Made by a program: the position numbers and the translations under genes
Shown: in pieces, positions 19,267 through 28,606 of the stretch
How the letters are laid out: the number at the start of each line of letters is the position of its first letter
Numbering within the stretch: position 1 is the first letter of the stretch
Notes under the pieces: generated by a model
Told to the model about the DNA's origin: nothing
Databases searched by the model: none
Seen by the model: only the letters and a program-made list of their open reading frames with translations
NCBI GenBank assembly: GCA_009391535.1
Contig: VFHP01000008.1
Location: 386-64,385 of the forward strand
DNA from: SAR202 cluster bacterium
GTDB taxonomy: Bacteria > Chloroflexota > Dehalococcoidia > Lucifugimonadales > UBA2985
Length of the DNA: 64,000 bases
Direction: 5' to 3'

Positions 19267-20895
19267 TTAGAATCCTGCGGCGTACCCGTCTCCTCTAGGA
19301 TCAGAAGCACCTGCCAGAACGCCTGTTTCTTGATTTATAGAAATAACCTGGAAAATGCCGTGACTTATACCTTCCTGTCCCCAGGTGATTTTATGCTTCT
19401 TGGCAATCAATTCTTCTGAGACGGTTTCAGACATTCTAGGTTCTAATTGGACTTCTGGAGGATTTCCCATATCTAAAGGATGGCTTCCTGGGATACTGTG
19501 CCATCGAGGTGCATCTACTGCTTCTTGAGGAGTCAATCCATGATCTAGTATTGAGGTAATGATCTGTAGATTACCTTGAGTTTGAAAGTCTGCGCCTGGC
19601 GACCCTGATACGATCACTGGTTTGCCATTTCTTAATACTATAAAACAGTTCAAAGTGTGCATGGGCCGCTTGCCAGGTTTAACGGTATTTGGATGTCCTT
19701 CTTCTAGCCTGAATCCTTGCTGGCGGTTGTTGAAGAGGATTCCGGTTCCCTCTGCCACGAAAGCCGAACCGAAACCATTATACAAGCTGTGTATAAATGA
19801 AATTACATTGCCGTCTTTATCTACAATGCAAAAATAGCTAGTATCAGTCCCCTCCTTAATGGGGTTGCCAGGACCAATGTTTTTACCGGCACTCTTGTGG
19901 TCTATTGTGTTTCTCCTCTTTTCAGCAAATTCCTTTGATATTAGCTCTTCAAGAGGATTATTCTCGAAGTTTGGATCACCTAGATATGCGTTTCTGTCTG
20001 CAAATGCAAGTTTCTTGGACTCGATCATTAAGTGAATTAATTCTGGATCAAGGTGCCCATATCCGGTTACATCAAACCCTTCCATTATGTTGAGCATTTC
20101 AAGTAGCATGAATCCTTGCGAAGGAGGTCTGTTTTCTGCTATAACATATCCTCTGTAATTGGTAGTAATAGGATCGTAAACTTCTACTTGGTGATTAGCC
20201 AAGGATTCTAGGTCCAAAACCCCCCCTGCCTTACCGAATTCCTCAACAATTTTGGATGCGATTGCTCCTTTGTAGAATGACTCTGTTCCTTCTTGGGAAA
20301 CGACTTTGAGGGTATTGGCAAGATCTGGATTTTTGAATAATTCACCTGCTTTGTACGATGAACCGTCTTTCTTTAAGAAGATCTTACTCGTAGAAGGGAA
20401 TTTGAGTATTCTATTTTTCATTGACGCGAAAACCCGTGAAGCTCTAGGTGTTATTGGGTGCCCTTCCTCTGCATATTTGATAGCATAGGAAAGTAATGCT
20501 GACATACTCATTGTGCCATATTGGCGGTTGAGATATTCATATGCCGCTAGTTCTCCGGGAGGGGATACGGCTAATGGTCCGTCTATAGGCATAGAGTCGT
20601 ATCCTCTAGATCGGAAATAGTCCGAGGTTGCCAAGGCTGGAGCCATGCCAGTAGAGGTTAATCCAAGTGTTTTTCCCGTTTTTGCTTCGTAGAACATAGC
20701 GAAAACTTCTCCACCAAATCCACACATCCCGGGTACCGTAATGGCTTCCATTGCCGCGGTAGCAATGGCTGCGTCAAAGGCGTTGCCTCCTTCGCTGAGA
20801 ATCTTTATACCAATGGACGCGGCAAGTGGCGAATGGGAACACACCATACCATTTGATGCATAAACCGTAGGCCTAGACATGTAAGGAACATTCAT
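19267..20895 (-). CDS. ggt: Gamma-glutamyltransferase family protein (no signal peptide, YwrD-like)
   Basis: GGNAFDAAIA, KLAFADR..YLGDP, autoprocessing Thr in GTDTSYF, PGKRPMHTL, GASDPRGDG. Confidence 0.9.
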   Translation of the reverse strand: MNVPYMSRPTVYASNGMVCSHSPLAASIGIKILSEGGNAFDAAIATAAMEAITVPGMCGFGGEVFAMFYEAKTGKTLGLTSTGMAPALATSDYFRSRGYDSMPIDGPLAVSPPGELAAYEYLNRQYGTMSMSALLSYAIKYAEEGHPITPRASRVFASMKNRILKFPSTSKIFLKKDGSSYKAGELFKNPDLANTLKVVSQEGTESFYKGAIASKIVEEFGKAGGVLDLESLANHQVEVYDPITTNYRGYVIAENRPPSQGFMLLEMLNIMEGFDVTGYGHLDPELIHLMIESKKLAFADRNAYLGDPNFENNPLEELISKEFAEKRRNTIDHKSAGKNIGPGNPIKEGTDTSYFCIVDKDGNVISFIHSLYNGFGSAFVAEGTGILFNNRQQGFRLEEGHPNTVKPGKRPMHTLNCFIVLRNGKPVIVSGSPGADFQTQGNLQIITSILDHGLTPQEAVDAPRWHSIPGSHPLDMGNPPEVQLEPRMSETVSEELIAKKHKITWGQEGISHGIFQVISINQETGVLAGASDPRGDGYAAGF

Positions 20896-21027
20896 CTTAA
20901 ATCCTCATGCACAATCCTATATTAGCAATCCGTAATTGCCAATACCTTATTTTTGTTGGATACTGGTTTCGTTGTCTGTGAACTCGGGTACCGGCAAAAT
21001 ATCAACTGTAAAAGAGTAAGCGGGAAA

Positions 21028-22125
21028 ATGTCCTTATTGGTCAACAAGTCAATTAATATTCTAATTAGTTTTGCTGCAGTATTTGTTTTGTTTTTCTGTG
21101 GAGTTCATTTGGTATATGCAGACCATTTTACGGACGATTATATTGAATCCGAAAAAGACAAACTTGAATCCCAATTTGAAGCAGGTTTAATCGATGGAGA
21201 AGAAGACTATCAGATTAAACTAGAATTCCTGCTTGAAGAGTTATATAAAGACCACGAATCGGTTGAATACAAATCTCCCTTTCAAGAGAAAAAAGAAGAA
21301 CGATCTGGGACAGGTTTGTTTGGTGTTGTGGTGCCTGCGATAATTATTGGATACTTTCTGCTAAGAATGAGAAACAGGAGATCACAAAATACTGTTGTAG
21401 AAAGCGAACCCTACCGGAGCCGGAGTTCATCAGATTTGGAAAATGAATCAGCTTCAAGAGAAACGGTCGAAGAAATAGAAGAACCAAATATGGTTATTGA
21501 ACGTGATCCGTATCAAGACCCCAATTTACCAGACATACAAAATGAAAGCTCAGGAAATTCTTGGAGAGAGAAGCTTAGAGATAAATCCAGAGATGACATG
21601 GTTCAATATTTGAATGCAACTGGAGTGAAAGCAACTATGTCTGAACGTGGCAGAGTAGAAGAGAATATAAGATCTGGTCGATTTCATCGGAGTTTAGGAC
21701 TGATAGATATAGAGGAAGATGTTATCAATTGGATAAACGTTGTTAGAATAAAATCCAGAGATAAGAATGGTCCTTCAAGGTATCGAACTGTATTCGCTAT
21801 TCCAGATGCTACAGTACCATTGGAGCATGAGGCTTTAAAAGTAGCTACAGTAAGGAAGAAGTCATTCCCAATATTCGGTAAAGTAGTAGGCATACATTGG
21901 CAAGCTGAGGAGAAACTTAATCCTCTGGTCGAGTTGTTTGCTAAGGATGAGGAAATTGAAGCCCTAGTCAAAGAAGTAGGTGATGTTCAAATACACACTC
22001 ACCCGGGCATTTTTCAGGGTTGGACTATAGAAATTCTAACTGTAGGTTCTGTTTTTGAACCACATGAGGTTCATTGGAACGTAATACATAAGATAGCGGA
22101 TTATCTGATTTCCTCCCCTCGCTGA
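21028..22125 (+). CDS. Hypothetical membrane-anchored protein (signal peptide, acidic segment, single TM, soluble C-terminal domain)
   Basis: N-terminal hydrophobic stretch ending VYA-D, internal TM LFGVVVPAIIIGYFLL followed by RMRNRR. Confidence 0.7.
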   Translation: MSLLVNKSINILISFAAVFVLFFCGVHLVYADHFTDDYIESEKDKLESQFEAGLIDGEEDYQIKLEFLLEELYKDHESVEYKSPFQEKKEERSGTGLFGVVVPAIIIGYFLLRMRNRRSQNTVVESEPYRSRSSSDLENESASRETVEEIEEPNMVIERDPYQDPNLPDIQNESSGNSWREKLRDKSRDDMVQYLNATGVKATMSERGRVEENIRSGRFHRSLGLIDIEEDVINWINVVRIKSRDKNGPSRYRTVFAIPDATVPLEHEALKVATVRKKSFPIFGKVVGIHWQAEEKLNPLVELFAKDEEIEALVKEVGDVQIHTHPGIFQGWTIEILTVGSVFEPHEVHWNVIHKIADYLISSPR

Positions 22126-22204
22126 TGAAGAGTAGTAAGCAAGCTCTCTTGTTAAGTATATAAGGAATCAGAGATTTTTTATTTATTCATAAATTGCTCT
22201 GCTG

Positions 22205-23107
22205 TTATAGTGGGTCTGGCATTTCTCCAGCCAACTCTAGTCTTTGTTTGGCCTCGTTGTAAACATCTGGATTCAAAGGACCCCGTAGAGTAGCATCTAT
22301 ATTTTCCTGTAGATGTTCTGTTTTAGTAGTTCCAACAATTATAGTATCTGCATTTGGATGGCTCAATGTGTACCTCAAAACAAATGATGAAGGAGTTTCA
22401 TTATCTTCCATTAGATCTTTCAGTGACGCTTTGTCAAATATTTCCCAAGTGTCTGAGGCTCCTCTGCCCACTCCAGTTTCTCCTTGAGCTACACCACCTC
22501 TGATTATTATACCCACTCCTTCCTTAGCAGCTTTTTCAATCCAAAGCTCGTGCTGTCTTTGAAGAGCGGAGTAAGGTATCTGCATTACATCAAACACACC
22601 CCAGCTTAGGAAGATAGGAAGATCTGGATTTGTCGTTGATGATCCAATCCATTTCACCATCCCTTGATCTCTTATGTCGGACAATGCTCTCACCAAGTCT
22701 CCTTTTTCGCATTCTTCTACGGTGGCGTTGTGTAGTTGAATTATATCTATACTGTCTCTATTGAGGCGGCGCAGCGAGATTTCAATGTTGCGAAATAAAT
22801 TATCTCTGGTCCAGGAATGGTTGGAGTCGTTACTGGTTGGCCTAGTATCTGTACATCCACATTTGCTGGCTAAATAGAATTCGTTGTATCGGGATCTCAA
22901 TGCCCAGCCTATCCACTCTTCGCTGTTCACATAATCGTAAGCAGTATCGAAAAAATTTATTCCCGCGTCTAACGCCATATTCCAGACCTTGGTTGCCTGT
23001 TCCGTAGTCCAATGCGTTATGTTATCTCGATAATTTGCACACCCAAAACCCAGTCGAGTTACTTCTAAACCTGTACGGCCCAGAATAGCTTTCGGTAACA
23101 TGTCCAT
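22205..23107 (-). CDS. Aldo/keto reductase
   Basis: LGRTGLEVTRLGFG, GINFFDTAYDY, SEEWIG, SKCG, SLRRL..DSIDIIQLH. Confidence 0.92.
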   Translation of the reverse strand: MDMLPKAILGRTGLEVTRLGFGCANYRDNITHWTTEQATKVWNMALDAGINFFDTAYDYVNSEEWIGWALRSRYNEFYLASKCGCTDTRPTSNDSNHSWTRDNLFRNIEISLRRLNRDSIDIIQLHNATVEECEKGDLVRALSDIRDQGMVKWIGSSTTNPDLPIFLSWGVFDVMQIPYSALQRQHELWIEKAAKEGVGIIIRGGVAQGETGVGRGASDTWEIFDKASLKDLMEDNETPSSFVLRYTLSHPNADTIIVGTTKTEHLQENIDATLRGPLNPDVYNEAKQRLELAGEMPDPL

Positions 23108-23268
23108 TATATGTAAACCTCTCTTTTTGAAAGAATTATAGCATTATTAAAGATTAGACCCAGCATTTCATAAATATTATTCCTGTTTTAGAATGTGTCT
23201 TGATTGACTATCTGAATACATTATTCTAGTATCCGAGAAATCGCAAAATATAGTGGGGGGATAATAAT

Positions 23269-24498
23269 ATGAATGCGAACAGAAAGCCGTTTCTGACCCC
23301 TGGTGAAGCACTGGAATTCCATAAGGATGTTTTGGTTGTAGATACTAAAATGCCTGCTAATCATGGTCTTTTCTATAATGACAACATGCGAGAAGCGATG
23401 AAAAATTGGGTAGAAGACGGACGTCTATCTAGATCAGAAATACAAGCTAACCTTTACGAAATGACAGTCAAGGAACTTAAGGCATCTGAAAAATCAAGGA
23501 AAGAATACTTGGGCATATGGGAAGAAGCAGGAGTTAATGTTGCAAGTGTTACATATGCAGGTCCGCATTCTCCTGATGGAGCATTCGAGACCGCCACAAG
23601 ATCTCTTATGCAAGGTAGAGGTACAATAGACGCCTTAGGTGAGGACTTAAGATTAGTGCTCAATGCCGATGAATTGGAAAGAGTTTATAAGGACAATGTT
23701 AAAGGTGTAATTTTCGATTTTCAAGACACCACTAGTATAGGTGGTGACTTAAACAGATTGGATATGTTTCACAACATGGGCCTACGAATAGTACAACTGA
23801 CATATAATCTCCGTAATTTAGTAGGAGATGGTTGTACGGAAAGATACAAGACAGGATTAACATATTTCGGAATAGAACTTGTTGAGAGGTTGAACGAATT
23901 GAAAATGGTTGTGGATGTCAGTCATTGTAGTCAGCAGGTTGGATGGGATGCTATCAAATTTTCTAAATCTCCCATAATGGTGACTCATTCGACTAGTAAT
24001 GCTGTTTGTTATCACGATAGGGGTAAAGATGATGATCTGGCCAAAGCAGTGGCTGATAGTGGTGGATTTTTTGGTGTAGCCGCCATTGCCGGATTTGTGA
24101 AGAATGACATAAATGCCACGTTGGACGATTATGTTGATCATGTGGAGCATTTGATTAATATTATGGGTATCGACAACGTAGGCATAGCGAGTGACAAGTG
24201 TGGACCGGGACCTGGGACAGAGACAATGTATGAATTTCCAGAGGCATTAGGACCATTTGACACTTCATATTTGTTCAAAGATTCCCCTGATCCTAGAAGC
24301 AAGCCACCGGGATTTGATTGGTCTGGATTTAGGCCTGAACATAGGTTAAGTGATAAACACAGGATGGTAGACTTTGATACACCCACAGATTGGCCGAACA
24401 TAACGTTGAAGTTAGTCGAAAGGGGTTTTAATGAGGAAGAATTGCGGAAACTGTTAGGTCTGAATTTTTTGAGAGTGTTTCGTGATATAGTGGGTTGA
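23269..24498 (+). CDS. Membrane dipeptidase (peptidase M19)-like amidohydrolase
   Basis: GLRIVQLTYN.RN..GDGC, GLT.FG..LV..LN, DVSH, THS, DHVEH, VGIASD, KLLGLNFLRVF. Confidence 0.85.
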   Translation: MNANRKPFLTPGEALEFHKDVLVVDTKMPANHGLFYNDNMREAMKNWVEDGRLSRSEIQANLYEMTVKELKASEKSRKEYLGIWEEAGVNVASVTYAGPHSPDGAFETATRSLMQGRGTIDALGEDLRLVLNADELERVYKDNVKGVIFDFQDTTSIGGDLNRLDMFHNMGLRIVQLTYNLRNLVGDGCTERYKTGLTYFGIELVERLNELKMVVDVSHCSQQVGWDAIKFSKSPIMVTHSTSNAVCYHDRGKDDDLAKAVADSGGFFGVAAIAGFVKNDINATLDDYVDHVEHLINIMGIDNVGIASDKCGPGPGTETMYEFPEALGPFDTSYLFKDSPDPRSKPPGFDWSGFRPEHRLSDKHRMVDFDTPTDWPNITLKLVERGFNEEELRKLLGLNFLRVFRDIVG

Positions 24499-24513
24499 TG
24501 TCTGCGGAGTAAG

Positions 24514-25653
24514 GTGACTTACATGAAATTAAATGAGATTAAAACCCCATCTCTAATAATTGATAGGCAAAGACTGGTCAAAAACTGTAATTACATGTCG
24601 AATCGGATGAGAAAGTTCGGTGTCGATTTACGTCCTCATCTTAAAACTGCGAAATCTTTTGAGATAGCTAAGATTGCCACGAACGGCCACTTTGGGGGTA
24701 TAACAGTTTCAACTTTAGCAGAAGCCAGTTATTTCTTAGCAAATGGTATTACTGACATTACGTATGCCGTCGGTATATCTCCAGACAAATTGGAGGAAGT
24801 TAGCGATTTACTGGATAAGGGTGCTAGAGTAAGAGTCATAACAGATAATTTGGCCGTTGTTCCTGTTTTACAGGAAAAATGCGCATCCTTAAAAGCTAAT
24901 ATGAACGTATTAATCGAGATAGATACCGGAGGACTTAGGGGTGGCATAAATCCTGAATCTGAAGAATTGGTCGATTTGGCAAAAGCTATTGAACAGGCTA
25001 ATAATTTGAATCTTGATGGGGTATTAACACATGCAGGACATTCTTACGAATGCGACAATATAGATTCAATCAGACTCGTAGCAGATAATGAAAGATCAGG
25101 TGTAGTTAAGGCGGCCGAAATATTACGAAAACAGGGAATATCCTGTGACGTGGTAAGTGCAGGATCCACTCCGACTGCAGTTTTCGTAGAAAATCTTGAT
25201 GGTATAACCGAAATGCGCCCTGGAGCTTACATGTTTTTTGATTTAGATCAGGTTGGTATGGGGGTCTGTAAGATAGATGATATAGCTGTAACAGTATTGG
25301 CTACCGTGATAGGTCATAAGAAGGATCCCCAAAGATTGTTGATAGACGCCGGTTCGCTCGCTCTTTCCAAAGATTTGAGTGCTAACCAGTTCATGGACAA
25401 TGTTGGTTATGGACTAGTCTGTAGGGCAGACAATTGTTCCGTGATTCCAGGACTCTATGTAGAACGTACATATCAGGAGCATGGCCTTATAGCTTCTATA
25501 AGCGGACCTATAGAGTTCGATTCATTTCCTATAGGAACTAAAGTAAGAATCCTTCCTAATCACACTTGTATTACCTCTGCAGCACATGATAAATATTATG
25601 TGCTTGATAACAATATGGTTGCAGAAACTTGGGACCGAGTTAATGGTTGGTAA
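24514..25653 (+). CDS. PLP fold-type III D-amino-acid enzyme (D-threonine aldolase / DSD1-like dehydratase family)
   Basis: TPSLIID, LRPHLKT (PLP Lys), THAGHSY, SAGSTPT, EMRPGAY, IDAGSLALSKD, QEHG, ILPNHTC. Confidence 0.88.
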   Translation: MTYMKLNEIKTPSLIIDRQRLVKNCNYMSNRMRKFGVDLRPHLKTAKSFEIAKIATNGHFGGITVSTLAEASYFLANGITDITYAVGISPDKLEEVSDLLDKGARVRVITDNLAVVPVLQEKCASLKANMNVLIEIDTGGLRGGINPESEELVDLAKAIEQANNLNLDGVLTHAGHSYECDNIDSIRLVADNERSGVVKAAEILRKQGISCDVVSAGSTPTAVFVENLDGITEMRPGAYMFFDLDQVGMGVCKIDDIAVTVLATVIGHKKDPQRLLIDAGSLALSKDLSANQFMDNVGYGLVCRADNCSVIPGLYVERTYQEHGLIASISGPIEFDSFPIGTKVRILPNHTCITSAAHDKYYVLDNNMVAETWDRVNGW

Positions 25654-25719
25654 CGCACACCAGAGCCTGAGTATCTATGTCGATGAATTCAAATGGGTTT
25701 TGGCATGGGTAAATTGTAG

Positions 25720-26928
25720 GTGATTAACCCTCTATCCTCTCCATCTTTCACATATAGAGACTTTAGATTTCTTTGGTTATCAAGTGCTTTTAACTCGATA
25801 GGATTCATAGGTGAGCAGGTGATTGTGGGATGGGTTATCTTAGAAATTACCGATTCATCTTTTATGGTTGGTGTATCTCTGGCCCTTCGGATGGTACCTT
25901 TTCTGTTTCTGGGCATTATTGCAGGATCTTTAGCAGATAGGGTCAATCGACGTAACCTTCTTCTTTTAGTAAGTGTAGTTATGGGATTCTTAAGTTTATC
26001 GTTGACTTTCATAATTTACTTTGGATTTATTGAAGTATGGATAATCTTATTGCTGACATTCTTGGCTGGTTGTGTACGAGCTGTTGGCCAACCAGCCAGA
26101 CAAAGTTTTGCTTATGATATAGTCGGAACTGCGAATTTAGTGAATGCCATATCTAATTTGTCTTTAGGAATGAGGGTGGGAGGTATAGGAGGTTCTTTAT
26201 TAGCGGGTCTGTTAGTTGGTAAATTTGGCGCTGATGCTGGATACTTGGTTTTATCATTAAGTTATTTTACTTCCGTATTCACATTACTGTTCATCCGATC
26301 ACCGGAAAGTCCGGATTTATCTGAACAAGAATCGTTTTGGCAGAATATTGCTGGGGTTGGTAAAGAGATAAAGCACAACAATTCATTATTGGTAATTTTG
26401 TTGCTGTCAGGGATGGTAGAAATACTGGGGTTTTCCCATCAAGCTTTATTACCAGTTATATCTAGGGATGTATTGGGTTTGGGGGCGGAAGGATTAGGTG
26501 TAATGAATGCTATGCGTTCAGCTGGAGGGATATTAGCAGTTATAATTTTATCGTCATTAGGTGACGTTAAACGTAAAGGTCTTCTTTATTTGTTTGTTCT
26601 GTATGCTTTCGGCATTTCTCTGTTTCTGTTAGCTTATGCTCAATCTTTCTTATTGGCTGTTTTCGCTATTGTCGTGATTAGTGGTTTAGGTGCGATATCT
26701 GACATATTGTCTCAAAGTTTAATACAACTTGTGGTGCCGAATGAACTGAGAGGAAGAGCAATGGGCACTTGGATCTTTGCAGTTGGATTAGGTCCTATAG
26801 GTCATATGGAAATAGGCGCCGTCGCAGCACTGACAGGTGTAGGACTCGCCTTAACCGTACATGGTGGATTGCTCTTATTTCTAGCAGCTTCAACTATGAT
26901 CTTTTTCCCTCGGATACGTTCTCTATAA
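25720..26928 (+). CDS. MFS transporter (H+ antiporter / MFS_3-like)
   Basis: RDFRFLW, GSLADRVNRR motif A, VPNELRGR. Confidence 0.88.
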   Translation: MINPLSSPSFTYRDFRFLWLSSAFNSIGFIGEQVIVGWVILEITDSSFMVGVSLALRMVPFLFLGIIAGSLADRVNRRNLLLLVSVVMGFLSLSLTFIIYFGFIEVWIILLLTFLAGCVRAVGQPARQSFAYDIVGTANLVNAISNLSLGMRVGGIGGSLLAGLLVGKFGADAGYLVLSLSYFTSVFTLLFIRSPESPDLSEQESFWQNIAGVGKEIKHNNSLLVILLLSGMVEILGFSHQALLPVISRDVLGLGAEGLGVMNAMRSAGGILAVIILSSLGDVKRKGLLYLFVLYAFGISLFLLAYAQSFLLAVFAIVVISGLGAISDILSQSLIQLVVPNELRGRAMGTWIFAVGLGPIGHMEIGAVAALTGVGLALTVHGGLLLFLAASTMIFFPRIRSL

Positions 26929-26999
26929 TATAAGATATATTTATAAATATTGTGCTAGTATTATTCGGTAGTTGCCCGAATTTCAATAGGAGATGAGCC

Positions 27000-28358
27000 A
27001 TGTCTAAACTAGACGATATGATAACTCAAGTTGAAGCCTGTACCTCTGAGATAATCGAATTAGAACAGAATCTGGTCAGAATTCCTTCAGTAAATACGGG
27101 GTTCATGCCCACAGGAGATGAAACAGATGTATGTAGATATGTAAAAGAATTCTTGTCCAAACACGGAATAGATGCGGAGATTTTAGAATCAGCACCTAAC
27201 AGAGGAAATCTCATTGCAAGAATGGACGGGTCATCGGGCAATGCTGGCTTATTGTTTATGTCTCATACAGATGTTGTGCCAGTCGAGGAAGAGAACAAAT
27301 GGACATATCCACCGTTTGAGGGCAGGTTAGTTGGAGACCGGATATACGGTAGGGGTGCATCGGATTGTAAGGGATTGTTGACTGCCCAACTTATGGCAAT
27401 GACCATATTGAAACGTAATGATATTCAGTTGAGGGATGGCCTTATTTTGGCTTCAGGGGCGGATGAAGAACATGGGGGTCGCTATGGATTTGGATGGCTA
27501 TCTGAAAACCACCCGGATAAAATCATGTCACCATATGCAGTTAATGAAGGTGGTGGCGGTACTATGGATGCTGCAGCAGGTTTTACATATACCCTTGGTA
27601 CAGGAGAGAAGGGTAGACTTCAGATAGAAATCGATATAAGAGGGGAGAGCGCTCACGCTTCAACACCCTGGCGGGGTGTTAATTCACTTTTTGGGCTAGG
27701 CAAAGTTATAGAAGGAATAGAAAAATATGAACCAGCCCGGGATACTTCAGTAGAATTTTTTAAATATCTTTCTACATTTGCTTTGGAATATGTCGCTACT
27801 TCCCAAAACATAGACGGGATTATAGGAGAGGTGGAATCAAAAAACAAAAATCTCGCGTCGGTTATGAGGGCATTGTCCAGGATGACTGTGACTCCAACCA
27901 TGGTTCAAGGGGGCATAAAGTCTAATAGTGTTCCTGAACACATACGGTTAACTTGTGATGTTCGTACTCTACCGCATCAGGATGAGAATTATCTTAGGCA
28001 AGAACTTGACACAATCTTGAAAGATATACCGGGAGTAGAATATCAAGTTGATTATATGTCAGTACCCAATTCTTCACCATTTGACACTGAATTATCCAGA
28101 GCGATAAAAAGGTCGACAGCTAGAGCACTTGATATGGATGATATACAAATAATCCCCTCGATTAGTACGGGGTTTACCGACTCCAGATTCACTAGAAACC
28201 TTGGGATAGTCACTTATGGTTTTAGTGGAGCCCACCCCGATGATACAGTTGATAACAATATACACGGCACAAACGAATTTCAGAGCGTGAAAAGTCTGAT
28301 AAACAGTACCAAGGTAATGTTGATTCTTGCCTACGACATGTTGGTGGATACGCAGTGA
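27000..28358 (+). CDS. M20/M25/M40-family metallopeptidase/amidohydrolase
   Basis: SHTDVVP, GRGASDCKG, DEEHGG, NEGGG, GEKG, H(A)STP, TDSR, IHGTNE. Confidence 0.92.
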   Translation: MSKLDDMITQVEACTSEIIELEQNLVRIPSVNTGFMPTGDETDVCRYVKEFLSKHGIDAEILESAPNRGNLIARMDGSSGNAGLLFMSHTDVVPVEEENKWTYPPFEGRLVGDRIYGRGASDCKGLLTAQLMAMTILKRNDIQLRDGLILASGADEEHGGRYGFGWLSENHPDKIMSPYAVNEGGGGTMDAAAGFTYTLGTGEKGRLQIEIDIRGESAHASTPWRGVNSLFGLGKVIEGIEKYEPARDTSVEFFKYLSTFALEYVATSQNIDGIIGEVESKNKNLASVMRALSRMTVTPTMVQGGIKSNSVPEHIRLTCDVRTLPHQDENYLRQELDTILKDIPGVEYQVDYMSVPNSSPFDTELSRAIKRSTARALDMDDIQIIPSISTGFTDSRFTRNLGIVTYGFSGAHPDDTVDNNIHGTNEFQSVKSLINSTKVMLILAYDMLVDTQ

Positions 28359-28361
28359 CTG

Positions 28362-28547
28362 TTATTTGTCACGTTTAATCAGGTTATCTACTATCATAAG
28401 TATCGGGATCAGTTTTATAGATACAACTATTCCTACTACAATACCGAATAGACCACCGATTATGAAACCCAGTGTGCAGAACACTGCAAAAATTAACGAT
28501 CCCAGTATTGATATGGAAACGAATGTCATCATTGTAGTATAATACAA
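28362..28547 (-). CDS. Small hypothetical two-TM membrane protein
   Basis: Entirely hydrophobic 61 aa ORF filling an intergenic gap, basic C-terminus; weak RBS. Confidence 0.4.
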   Translation of the reverse strand: MYYTTMMTFVSISILGSLIFAVFCTLGFIIGGLFGIVVGIVVSIKLIPILMIVDNLIKRDK

Positions 28548-28606
28548 GTCAACTTAATTGTTTCCCACCGACCTGTTTATATTGGCCTTGAATCGGAGGT
28601 TTTAAT

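Noticed and set aside
26732-26741. TGGTGCCGAA match to the tRNA-Leu 3' end as a possible att duplicate
   Set aside because: Only 10 bp, inside an intact MFS gene, on the wrong side of the tRNA, and no integrase present; consistent with chance
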